NCBI GenBank assembly: GCA_028717885.1
Contig: JAQUMX010000003.1
Coordinates: 7,903 to 71,902, forward strand
Length of the DNA stretch: 64,000 nucleotides
Source: Candidatus Omnitrophota bacterium
Lineage (GTDB): Bacteria > Omnitrophota > Gorgyraeia > Gygaellales > Profunditerraquicolaceae
Direction: 5' to 3'
This document shows positions 50,816-62,182 of this stretch, in pieces; the stretch's first letter is position 1, and each line of letters begins with the position of its first letter. The translations under genes and the position numbers were made by a program. The notes under the pieces are model-generated. The model was not told where the DNA came from and did not search any database. It worked only from the letters and a program-made list of their open reading frames with translations.

Positions 50816-51609
50816 TACTTCAAGATAATACTAATGTAAAAATAAAATACCGGAGCGGTAAAAAGCAAACTATCCATAACATCCAAAATTCCGCCCATCC
50901 CCGGCAGGATCACCCCGGAGTCCTTTACCTGGCAATCCCGCTTGATCAATGACTCGGATAAATCTCCCAGCTGGCCCAATATACCCAGTACTAACCCGAT
51001 CAAAACCACATGAAGGGTATCCATCTTTAAAAACGGGCTGCAGGCCAAAGCGCCTGAAATACTGAAAATCAACCCGCCGATCGAACCTTCTATGGATTTA
51101 TTCGGACTAATCCTGGGGATCAACGGCGTTTTACCTAAACGCGATCCTACTAGATATGCGCCGATATCGCCTAATTTGGTAACTATTAACACGGTACTAA
51201 AAAAACCGAGCCCTCCGCTTAAGTTGCGGATCTTGATCAAAAAACTAAAAAACCAGGAAACATAAAGGATCCCAAAAACAGTAGTAGAGATATCCACCAC
51301 TACCCCGCTATTTTTCCTGCGCTTAAAGAGCATAACAATAAGGAACAAAAGTGTCAGGATAATAAAGAGCAATTCCCATTTCTTGGTCAGCTCAAAACGC
51401 AACATAATGGAAACCGGGATAATTGTCCCCATAATGATCCCGAAATATTTATACGCGCTGATATCCTTCTTTTCGAGCATGGTAAAAAATTCATACAGCC
51501 CCATAACGATAAAGAAAATCATCATCAAATTGAAAAACCAGGTCAGGAATATCGTGGCCAGGACAATCGCAATTAAGGCCAAAGAAGAAGCTATTCTCTT
51601 AAGCAGCAT
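50815..51609 (-). CDS. cdsA: phosphatidate cytidylyltransferase
   Basis: Polytopic membrane protein with the C-terminal signature SLIKRDCQVKDSG..LPGMGGILD. Lies between uppS and dxr. Confidence 0.85.
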   Translation of the reverse strand: MLLKRIASSLALIAIVLATIFLTWFFNLMMIFFIVMGLYEFFTMLEKKDISAYKYFGIIMGTIIPVSIMLRFELTKKWELLFIILTLLFLIVMLFKRRKNSGVVVDISTTVFGILYVSWFFSFLIKIRNLSGGLGFFSTVLIVTKLGDIGAYLVGSRLGKTPLIPRISPNKSIEGSIGGLIFSISGALACSPFLKMDTLHVVLIGLVLGILGQLGDLSESLIKRDCQVKDSGVILPGMGGILDVMDSLLFTAPVFYFYISIILK

Positions 51610-52331
51610 TAAATCCCCCCAAACCTTCTCTCTCTTTTTTGGTATACTTCAATTGCTTTTTCCAAATCTTTAGGCCCAAACTCCGGCCAATATTTTTTAG
51701 GAAAATAAAACTCGGCATAAGAAAGCTGCCAGAGCAAAAAATTACTGATGCGCATTTGTGCGCTGGTGCGGATCAAAAGGTCCGGATCCGGCAACCCCGC
51801 AGTATAAAGATAACTGCCAAAAATTTCCTCATTAAGCTCTGCTGCCTTTGCCTGCCCCAGTTCTACCCGTTCTGAGAATTTTTTCGCCGCATCCACAATT
51901 TCCTGGCGGGCGCCGTAATTAAACGCCAGCACCACTATTAGCCCCGTATTCTTTGCCGTCCTTCTGGCTGCGTCTTCCAGTTTTTCCTGAAGGTATTCGG
52001 GCACAGGGTTTTTTCTTCCGATCGTCAGAAAACGGATATTGTTTTCTTCCAGTTCCCGGATTTCGCTATCCAGAAAATTATTCAAATAGCGCATCAGGAT
52101 GCTGACTTCGCTTTTTGGCCTGGCCCAGTTTTCGCTGGAAAAGGCAAAAAAAGTAACTACCTCAACACCCAATTGCGCTGCCCGCCGGACGATCTCTTTT
52201 ACCCTTTTTACTCCTTCACGGTGGCCGGCTGTGCGCGGCAATCCCTTTTGTTTCGCCCAACGGCCATTACCGTCCATAATTATAGCGATGTGCCGCGGGA
52301 TATTATTTTTATCGAGCATATTATATTGCAA
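51609..52331 (-). CDS. uppS: di-trans,poly-cis-undecaprenyl diphosphate synthase
   Basis: HIAIIMDGNGRWA and RTSAQMRISNFLLWQ motifs. Confidence 0.95.
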   Translation of the reverse strand: MQYNMLDKNNIPRHIAIIMDGNGRWAKQKGLPRTAGHREGVKRVKEIVRRAAQLGVEVVTFFAFSSENWARPKSEVSILMRYLNNFLDSEIRELEENNIRFLTIGRKNPVPEYLQEKLEDAARRTAKNTGLIVVLAFNYGARQEIVDAAKKFSERVELGQAKAAELNEEIFGSYLYTAGLPDPDLLIRTSAQMRISNFLLWQLSYAEFYFPKKYWPEFGPKDLEKAIEVYQKRERRFGGI

Positions 52332-52334
52332 GAA

Positions 52335-53915
52335 TTACTGGTGGACGCGGTAATCTATTTCCGGGAAAATATTATCCTTATATTCTATGTCCCTTAGCCA
52401 ATTATCATCGATTGCCCCGGATTTGATCTGCTCATACAGTGTTGTGAAGCGCAAAAGATGGTCCTTGGTACGCCTTACGGCGTAAGACACATGAGTACCG
52501 GTACCCATAATAAAAGCCCAGTCGGAACTTTGGGCAAGGAGTAGCTCTCTTAACGCCTGATTCAAGGCGCGCTTGACAATGCCGTTACAGGAATTCTGCG
52601 AATGGGCTTTTGCCAATTCGGTCATGCGGTAAGAAGACGTGTGCAAATGGCGGTAAATCCAGTCATTGGAGCCTTGCAGCCACATTTCGCTATAACCTTT
52701 CCATCCCCAGCTGGACATCGAAGGAGTAATCACCTGGTTACGCGGATTTTCCAATAAATATTCGGATGGAGTGGTCATTTTAATCGTCTTCTGGTCAAAA
52801 TACGTCTTACGAATAAGAAATTCCAGCCACATCGGGCCTTCATACCACCAATGGCCGTATAATTCCGCATCGTACGGAGAAACAATGATCGGTTTCTTCT
52901 GCATAAAATCATACAGATATTCTACCTGTTTTTCGCGGTTAAACAGGAAGTTACCCGCATGCTCTGCCGCTTTTTTCCAGGCCATATGCGCATCATAAGG
53001 CTGCTTATTGTCACTGCCGGTAATCCGGTAGTATTTAATGCCGGTGTTAATCCTAATTCCGTCGCGATGGATATAGGGGCGGATATAATCATAGTCAAGG
53101 TCAAAACCGATATCGCGGTAAAACTCACGGTAAAAATAATCACCGGGATAACCCTCAATAGAAGACCAGACTTGTTTTGAAGATTCCAAATCCCTGCCAA
53201 AACAAGCTACTCCTGATTTACAATATACAGGAGCAAAAACTCCGTATTTCGGGCGGGGAGTGCCGTGTAGCACCGAATGTGCATCGCCGAAGAAATAACG
53301 TAAGCCTGATTCTTTCAGGATTTCATCGTGCCCCGGCTGATAGCCACACTCCGGCAGCCAAATGCCAATCGGTTTCCTGCCGAAATTCTTTTCGTAGTGG
53401 CTCACTGCCACTTTTACCTGCGCGCGCACCGATTCCCTGCAAACATCCATCAGAGGAAAATAACCGTGAGTAGCGCCGCAGGTAACGATTTCAACTTTGC
53501 CTAAATCCTGAAAGCCTTTAAAGGCGCTAATCAGATTGCGCCGGTAGCGCTCGAAAATATCGCGCGACTTACAGAAATTATGCAAATACATCTGCGCCAA
53601 GGCATGAAATTCTCCCTGCCAACGCGTTCTTTCAACTTCCTTATGTGCCAATTCAATAAGTTGATTGATATGCTTAAGGTATCTTTCCTGCAAAAGCGGG
53701 TCAGTAAGCATGGAGATCAGGCTCGGGGTCAAAGACATCGTCACCCGGAAATCCACATTTTCATTGATCAGCCTTTCAAAAACATCAATTAAAGGGATAT
53801 AGGTTTCCGTGATTGCTTCGTATAACCAATCCTCCTCGAGAAATTCTTCATGTTCCGGATGCCGTACGAACGGAAGGTGCGTATGCAGAACTATGCAAAG
53901 ATACCCTTTATTCAT
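52335..53915 (-). CDS. glycoside hydrolase family 57 enzyme (probable 1,4-alpha-glucan branching enzyme type)
   Basis: LHTHLPFVRHPE N-terminus, WLPECGY, and SSDWAFIM regions typical of GH57. 526 aa. Confidence 0.85.
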   Translation of the reverse strand: MNKGYLCIVLHTHLPFVRHPEHEEFLEEDWLYEAITETYIPLIDVFERLINENVDFRVTMSLTPSLISMLTDPLLQERYLKHINQLIELAHKEVERTRWQGEFHALAQMYLHNFCKSRDIFERYRRNLISAFKGFQDLGKVEIVTCGATHGYFPLMDVCRESVRAQVKVAVSHYEKNFGRKPIGIWLPECGYQPGHDEILKESGLRYFFGDAHSVLHGTPRPKYGVFAPVYCKSGVACFGRDLESSKQVWSSIEGYPGDYFYREFYRDIGFDLDYDYIRPYIHRDGIRINTGIKYYRITGSDNKQPYDAHMAWKKAAEHAGNFLFNREKQVEYLYDFMQKKPIIVSPYDAELYGHWWYEGPMWLEFLIRKTYFDQKTIKMTTPSEYLLENPRNQVITPSMSSWGWKGYSEMWLQGSNDWIYRHLHTSSYRMTELAKAHSQNSCNGIVKRALNQALRELLLAQSSDWAFIMGTGTHVSYAVRRTKDHLLRFTTLYEQIKSGAIDDNWLRDIEYKDNIFPEIDYRVHQ

Positions 53916-54942
53916 GTTTGGCTTGCTCCCTTAAGTTGGTGTGCGCTTTTGTTTCCCTGCTGACTATTGGAGTAATCGTCCTGGTTTCCAATTCATCGGC
54001 AGAGGTTGCCTCCACGGGAATCACCTGCTTTCCGTCTGGTAAAGCAAAACGTAAACTGAAAGTGCCGTCTGGCCGTAATTTCAAAGGCTTACCCTGAATA
54101 GTAACTTTTGCATCCGGTTCCGTGGCGCCATAAACAATGAGTTCCGTATTCACCACAAGCCAGAATTTCCTTTCGCGCATTTTTTTCTTTACCGGGCTCG
54201 AACCCATTCCTGGTGAAGCCAGCGCTCCGGAAAATAAAACCTTGAATCTTTCCTGCCAGGCCTTGCCAACCGGCGAACTCTTGCCAAAACCAAATCCCAA
54301 GCCATAAAGCCTGGCGAACATATCTTCCGGGATCATCCATTCTTCGTCGGTTATCCATGAAGGCCCGTCCAAAGGAGTAGTCACGGTATTAGAACGCAAG
54401 ATAGTAATGAACCTGCCGTCTGAAAGCAATAATCCGAAATCAACGCACCAGGACCTGCCCGGGCCATTGGTATCGATATACCAGTTGATGGCCTGATCCC
54501 CTACCTCAATGTCAAAGAAGCGATGGGCATTGGAGCCGTTAAAAATAACATTACTGACGTCATAAACGCGTAAAATCCTTTTGGCGCTGTAAAAGCTATC
54601 GCCTAATTGATGGCGAAAATGTTCGCAGGTTGAATGTGTCACTTCCCAATAAGAATGTATCCAGCGCGGGTCGCGCACCTGCAGCACCAGCCGGTCCTGA
54701 CCGTATGTACCAGGGAGCTCTTCTACGATCCTGGGCGCAGAAGGAGCGGCCTGAGGAGTAAAATATTTCATCCGTTCCATTGCAATTTCCTGGATCACCG
54801 GGATTTCTTTTTCCGCAACAGGAGGAATTTCTTTTTTGGTCCGGCGGGCAGGAGTTTTCTTGCCGACAACTGGTTTCTTTTTTCTGGAAATCGCTTCCTT
54901 GATTTTCTTTTTTGCTTTACGCAAAATTGCCAAAGGAACCAC
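53908..54942 (-). CDS. DUF4912-like protein (commonly found next to GH57 genes)
   Basis: LPGTYGQDRLVLQVRDPRWIHSYWEV motif. The true start may be the TTG at 54933, 8 nt after an AAGGGGG Shine-Dalgarno-like run. Confidence 0.65.
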   Translation of the reverse strand: MVPLAILRKAKKKIKEAISRKKKPVVGKKTPARRTKKEIPPVAEKEIPVIQEIAMERMKYFTPQAAPSAPRIVEELPGTYGQDRLVLQVRDPRWIHSYWEVTHSTCEHFRHQLGDSFYSAKRILRVYDVSNVIFNGSNAHRFFDIEVGDQAINWYIDTNGPGRSWCVDFGLLLSDGRFITILRSNTVTTPLDGPSWITDEEWMIPEDMFARLYGLGFGFGKSSPVGKAWQERFKVLFSGALASPGMGSSPVKKKMRERKFWLVVNTELIVYGATEPDAKVTIQGKPLKLRPDGTFSLRFALPDGKQVIPVEATSADELETRTITPIVSRETKAHTNLREQAKHE

Positions 54943-54958
54943 CCCCTTTTTGATTAAT

Positions 54959-54986
54959 AAAAAGGGGGATGCCTATCCCCCTTTTT
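54959..54986 (-). terminator. intrinsic terminator (symmetric, potentially bidirectional)
   Basis: AAAAAGGGGG, an 8-nt loop, then CCCCCTTTTT. This is a 10-bp stem whose 3' half ends in a U-tract on either strand. It lies 41 nt after the stop of the 129-aa gene. Confidence 0.7.
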
Positions 54987-55026
54987 ATCGAACAAGAAAT
55001 CTGTTCTTTTATGCGTTTAGTTTAAG

Positions 55027-55416
55027 TCATTTTTTGTTTTTGGTAGATTTACCTTTAATCAAAGCATCCTTCAGGTCCTCTTCTAAGGCCTCTTTAAGCT
55101 TAGTCACTTTCTGCAACTCCTCTTTCAAGCTTTGGCCTACTAACTGTTCCTGAAGCAGTGCCTTCTTGGTTGTCTCAAGCGCTGTCTTTTCTTCTTCTAC
55201 CTGCTGCGAAAGAGCGGTGATTTTTGTTTCTAGCCCAAGCTTTTCCTGGTTGAATTTACTCATTTTCTCCTCGAGATCCAAGCGGGTAGCCATCTCTTTG
55301 TCGCGCGCGCGTTTTTGGCGCACGGCATTGCCGCAAGAACTGATCGTCCCGAGAAAAAAGATCGCTGCCAATACTGCTAAGATAATAATGACCCTGTTTT
55401 TCAGGCTCTCCTCCAT
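55027..55416 (-). CDS. coiled-coil lipoprotein (Lpp-like architecture)
   Basis: The hydrophobic N-terminus ends in the lipobox ISSC. The rest is heptad-like and E/K/L-rich. The C-terminus is KGKSTKNKK. Confidence 0.6.
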   Translation of the reverse strand: MEESLKNRVIIILAVLAAIFFLGTISSCGNAVRQKRARDKEMATRLDLEEKMSKFNQEKLGLETKITALSQQVEEEKTALETTKKALLQEQLVGQSLKEELQKVTKLKEALEEDLKDALIKGKSTKNKK

Positions 55417-55428
55417 ATTACCCCCTGG

Positions 55429-56076
55429 CTATTTCAAATTTTCCGATGGTTCCAGCATTTCCCCTTGAGAAGCGCCTTCTTTTACCTTGGTCATCGCCGG
55501 TAAAATCACGATTTCCACACGACGGTTCAGCTGGCGGCCTTCCCTGGTATCATTTGTAGAAACGGGGTTAAATTCGCCGTAGCCGATAGCGGTTAAGCGG
55601 TCAGGAGAAACATCCTTTTTGTTTACCAGATAATGCAAAACACTTAAGGCGCGAGCAGTGGATAATTCCCAATTAGATTTCCAGCCGGAAAATTTAATCG
55701 GGGTATTATCGGTATGTCCTTCGATGCCTACTTTATTCTGGGGCACATTTTCATTTAAGACCGTAGCCACTTTATCAAGGATATTGTAAGCTTCGGGCCG
55801 GATTTTGTCTTTGCCGGAATCGAATAAAAGGTCGCCGACAACCGTAATCACCAGGCCCTTTTCCATCATTTTCAGGCTCACCTGTTTATCCTGGATTTCT
55901 TTGCCTAACCTCTCTTCAAGCAGCTTTTTAGCGTTGTTTAATTCTTCCAACTGCGCGCTTAACTCTTCGATTTTTTGCACATCCGAGCGCCTGCCGGTCT
56001 GAAAAACAAAAGTACATCCTGTAATAGATAAAGACAAAAATAGCACTGCCAAAACCTTAAACCACTTGCTTTTCAT
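55429..56076 (-). CDS. OmpA/MotB-domain lipoprotein with coiled-coil linker
   Basis: Lipobox ITGC, a coiled-coil segment, and an OmpA-like C-domain (GHTDNTPI...NWELSTARA...NRRVEI). Confidence 0.8.
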   Translation of the reverse strand: MKSKWFKVLAVLFLSLSITGCTFVFQTGRRSDVQKIEELSAQLEELNNAKKLLEERLGKEIQDKQVSLKMMEKGLVITVVGDLLFDSGKDKIRPEAYNILDKVATVLNENVPQNKVGIEGHTDNTPIKFSGWKSNWELSTARALSVLHYLVNKKDVSPDRLTAIGYGEFNPVSTNDTREGRQLNRRVEIVILPAMTKVKEGASQGEMLEPSENLK

Positions 56077-56263
56077 AACTGCCTCCTGTCTGGATTAAAA
56101 TTTTTTGAATGGAACTTAACTATAACACAACCAATAGGTTTAGTCAAGCCAATTTTTCCAATAAGCACAGATAATATCGGGGTGTGCCATTTTTTCATCA
56201 TTGCCTCTTTAATAAAATTATTTTATCAATAAAGCCTAAAAAAGTAATGTTTTTTGAAAAATT

Positions 56264-58779
<2,516 letters not shown>

Positions 58780-58781
58780 AG

Positions 58782-60581
58782 CTATCTCCTTAACATTAAT
58801 ATTTTTTTCAGCTCTTTTTCCGTAACCGCCCCTTGCGTGCCGAATATTTCCTGGTTATCCACAAGGTATGTCGGCCCGGACATGACCATAACTTCTTTAT
58901 TCAAACGGATATTTTCTTTTAAAAGCTCGGCTGCCTCGGGGCTGCGCGAGACTATCCTGATCTTCTCGGCCTCTACAGGGCTCAAACAATCCTCCCACCA
59001 GGTGGAACTGATATTATTTGCCCGGCAGCTGATGTAGTTAAAGAATTTATCGGGATAATATTTTGCGACACTAACCGCGCGTAGCGCCTCTTCTACTTCC
59101 GGCTTGCCGTTTAAAGCCTCGAATTTGCCGTTATTCTCCGTCAGTAAAAAATGCAACGATGGATGAAGGCCCTTTACCCCTTCCAGGACTCCGGGGGTAT
59201 CCTTGTTGAATAGACTAATAAATAAATCCAGCTTGCCGCTGAATTTTTTACGGCCCAAGAAAAGGGAAATGCCGCTATATTGAGGCTTTACCAGATAATA
59301 GTTCCCTCGTAATTCAAACCTCTCTTTAAAATCGGAAAATTTTTTTTCCTGGTCAACTTCCTTGCCAAAAAGATAACCCGGCAAATTATCTATTTTCAAC
59401 TCTGTGATGATTTTTTTTGCCTGTTCTTGCGGATAGTATAGGCGCGTTACCGCTAGCCCCGGAAAAATATTTTTAAACGTAGTAAGCAGATCTGAGCTGG
59501 CGCAAGCAATGCAATTCTGCGGCTCAATCACCAGGAGATGGACTTTATTTGCCTGGTTAAATTGGCACTGCGCCTTAATATTCCCGGGATTTATACAAGA
59601 GCCGACCGCCCCTTCTTTTTTACAATCCATATCACGGAAACAACGCGGCAAAATCGCCTCTATTTTCGGGTCGTTACTAATCTTATCGGACAAACCGATA
59701 TCTTGCCCGCTTGCATCAACAATCTGCTTATCTTTTAATTTTAAAACTGTTTTACCTAGATGACGGCCCTGCCAGGAAGGCCGGAGCACTATTGTGGAAC
59801 CGATTTTCTCCAGGGCAAGCGCATTTTGCTTGGCATAAGTTGTAATTAAAACGTCTACGCCGGAGACCTGGCTGATGAGCTGTAAGTCATACTCTTCGCC
59901 CAACCGGCTTAAAAGCACGATAATATCAGCCCCTTCTTTTTTTAATTCTTCTATTGCGCTCTTTAAGGCTATCGCAGGCTCGATAAACTCTAAGCCAGTA
60001 GCTTTATTGACTACCCGTTGGCTGGTTAAACCGACTATCCCCGCCTTTATTCCTCCGATTTCTTTTATCGCAAAGGGCCTAATCTTGCTCGAACGGATAT
60101 TTGCAGATAAATAAACAAAATTTGAATTTGCCAGGGCCTCTTCCAGAAAATCTTTTCCGAAGTTAAATTCATCATCCCCAACACAAACAGCATCGTAACG
60201 CATTAAACCCATCGCCTGCAGGTTAATCCTGGTACGCTGCATATCAAGGCTGGGGTTCTGCGTATTTTCATCCAGCTGCCCGCCGGCAAAAAATGACCCT
60301 GAATCCAATAAAAGCACATTGCGGTTAGCTTTACGCACCTGATTGACCAGTGTAGCGCGCCGCGCTACTCCCCCATCCGGCTCAATCGGGCAATTGCAGG
60401 GATAAAGCGCTGCATGGGTGTCGCCGGTGTAGAGAATGGTAATTTCTTCGGCAGTTGCTGATTTAATGACAAAGTTCAAAGCACAAATGACAAAAAAAAT
60501 AAAAAATCCAAAATTCAAAACAAAGGTTTTGAAATTGAAAATTAGAATTTTGAATTTATTTTGACATTGAGATTTTGACAT
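58782..60581 (-). CDS. secreted fusion protein: calcineurin-like metallophosphoesterase (5'-nucleotidase-type N-domain), a Cys-rich linker, and thioredoxin-fold region(s)
   Basis: Signal peptide, then ILYTGDTHA...LLLDSGSFFAGG, which resembles the UshA/SoxB-type metallophosphatase N-domain. The middle has C-x6-C...C...C followed by VIEPQNCIACAS (CxxC). The C-terminal roughly 170 aa looks DsbA/thioredoxin-like. Confidence 0.6.
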   Translation of the reverse strand: MSKSQCQNKFKILIFNFKTFVLNFGFFIFFVICALNFVIKSATAEEITILYTGDTHAALYPCNCPIEPDGGVARRATLVNQVRKANRNVLLLDSGSFFAGGQLDENTQNPSLDMQRTRINLQAMGLMRYDAVCVGDDEFNFGKDFLEEALANSNFVYLSANIRSSKIRPFAIKEIGGIKAGIVGLTSQRVVNKATGLEFIEPAIALKSAIEELKKEGADIIVLLSRLGEEYDLQLISQVSGVDVLITTYAKQNALALEKIGSTIVLRPSWQGRHLGKTVLKLKDKQIVDASGQDIGLSDKISNDPKIEAILPRCFRDMDCKKEGAVGSCINPGNIKAQCQFNQANKVHLLVIEPQNCIACASSDLLTTFKNIFPGLAVTRLYYPQEQAKKIITELKIDNLPGYLFGKEVDQEKKFSDFKERFELRGNYYLVKPQYSGISLFLGRKKFSGKLDLFISLFNKDTPGVLEGVKGLHPSLHFLLTENNGKFEALNGKPEVEEALRAVSVAKYYPDKFFNYISCRANNISSTWWEDCLSPVEAEKIRIVSRSPEAAELLKENIRLNKEVMVMSGPTYLVDNQEIFGTQGAVTEKELKKILMLRR

Positions 60582-60592
60582 TTGGATTTAAA

Positions 60593-62182
60593 TTAAACCC
60601 TAATCTCTTTTGCCCCAAGTATATTCTTAATCTCTTTGATTTGTTTCAGGATTTCCGGAGAAATCGGAGTATCGATATTAAGCAGAGAAATCGCTTTCCC
60701 GCCCGGCTTATCGCGTCGGCCAAAAGACATGGCGGCAATATTTATATTGTGCTTACCTAAAAGCGTGCCCAAGCTTCCGATGATACCGGGCACATCTAAA
60801 TTTTGTATTACCAACATGTCGCCTTCAGGGGCAGCTTCCACATAATAGTCCTGAATTTTGACAATCCGCGGTTTCTTGTTTGCAGAAAGCGTGCCGGAAA
60901 GCTTGATTGTCTCCTTATCGGTTTTCAATTCTAATTCTACTAAAGTAACAAACTCCTGCTCCCGGGAAAGTTTCGATTCTTTAATACTGATCCCTCTTTC
61001 TTTGGCTATGCTGGTGGCATTGATAAAATTCACTGTTTCCTGCAGGATCGGCGAAAGTACGCCCTTAACCAAAGCCATGGTCAACGGCGCTAAATCGTAT
61101 TTTGTGATCTCTCCGCCGTAACTGATATTTAATTCCTGGAACCGGCCTTCTGCCAACTGGCCGCAAAAACTGCCTAACTTTTCCGACAAGCTGATATGCG
61201 GCTCTAAGAATTTGCAAACCTCGGCTTCCAAGCAAGGGTAATTAGCGGCATTACGGATCCCTTTTCCCAATAAAGCATCGCGCACGATCTCCGCTACCTC
61301 GATTGCCACGTTTACCTGCGCTTCTTCTGTGGAAGCCCCCAAGTGCGGAGTAACCACGACATTCTCCAATTTCAAAAGTTCATTTTCTATAGCTACGGGT
61401 TCTTTTTCAAAAACATCTAGCGCTGCGCCGGAAACCTTACCTTCTTTGATCGCTTCGGCCAACGCTACCTCGTCGATAATGCCGCCCCTTGCGCAATTGA
61501 CAACCCGCACGCCTTTTTTCATGACCGCAAACTGCTCCTTGGAAATCAGGTGCTTAGTCTCTTCGGTCAAAGGCGTATGCACGGTAATATAATCCGAACG
61601 CACAAATAAGTCCTTTAATTCCACGACTTCCACACCGATACTCTCCGCAACCTCCTTAGAAAGAAAAGGGTCATAAGCTAAAACCTTCATTCCGAAAGAA
61701 AGCGCGCGCTTGGCAACTTCCGAGCCAATCCTTCCGAAACCAACGATCCCTAAAATTTTATTGTAGAGCTCGACCCCCATAAATTTGGAACGCTTCCATT
61801 CCCCTTTTTTCGTCGAGGCAGTTGCCTGCGGGATATTACGCGATAGCGACAAGATCATGCTCACGGTATGCTCTGCCGTAGAAATAGTATTACCGGCAGG
61901 GGTATTCATCACGATAATGCCTTTTTGCGTCGCAGCATCAAGATCGACATTATCCAAACCGACGCCTGCGCGGCCCACGACTTTTAAATTCGTGGCTGCA
62001 GCGATAATATCTTTGGTGACTTTTGTAGCGCTGCGCACGATCAAAGCGTCATAGTCCTTGATTACCTCTTTTAATTGTTCGGGCTTAAGGTCGGTTTTAA
62101 CGTCGACTTGAAAGTCTTTTACATCTTTAAGAATCTTCAAGCCCTCTTCGGATAACGCGTCACTCACAAGAATCTTTTTCAT
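60593..62182 (-). CDS. serA: D-3-phosphoglycerate dehydrogenase (long form with ACT domain)
   Basis: GFGRIG NAD-binding motif, catalytic-domain pattern, and a C-terminal ACT-like region. 529 aa. Confidence 0.95.
   Translation of the reverse strand: MKKILVSDALSEEGLKILKDVKDFQVDVKTDLKPEQLKEVIKDYDALIVRSATKVTKDIIAAATNLKVVGRAGVGLDNVDLDAATQKGIIVMNTPAGNTISTAEHTVSMILSLSRNIPQATASTKKGEWKRSKFMGVELYNKILGIVGFGRIGSEVAKRALSFGMKVLAYDPFLSKEVAESIGVEVVELKDLFVRSDYITVHTPLTEETKHLISKEQFAVMKKGVRVVNCARGGIIDEVALAEAIKEGKVSGAALDVFEKEPVAIENELLKLENVVVTPHLGASTEEAQVNVAIEVAEIVRDALLGKGIRNAANYPCLEAEVCKFLEPHISLSEKLGSFCGQLAEGRFQELNISYGGEITKYDLAPLTMALVKGVLSPILQETVNFINATSIAKERGISIKESKLSREQEFVTLVELELKTDKETIKLSGTLSANKKPRIVKIQDYYVEAAPEGDMLVIQNLDVPGIIGSLGTLLGKHNINIAAMSFGRRDKPGGKAISLLNIDTPISPEILKQIKEIKNILGAKEIRV

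Noticed and set aside
52470-52500. The GH57 enzyme contains the hexapeptide YAVRRT (VSYAVRRTKD), the same peptide encoded by the heptamer repeat in prmC.
   Set aside because: The DNA here is not a tandem heptamer (tac gcc gta agg cgt acc). The Y-A-x-x-R region after SSDWAFIM also appears, from memory, to be a native conserved GH57 motif. I treat this as probable coincidence, but it should be included if a genome-wide census of the motif is done.
60561-60580. Two perfect TTGACA hexamers 14 nt apart on the plus strand, which look like -35 boxes.
   Set aside because: They are the reverse complement of the duplicated ATGTCAAAAT start region of a minus-strand gene. There is no plus-strand gene downstream for them to drive.
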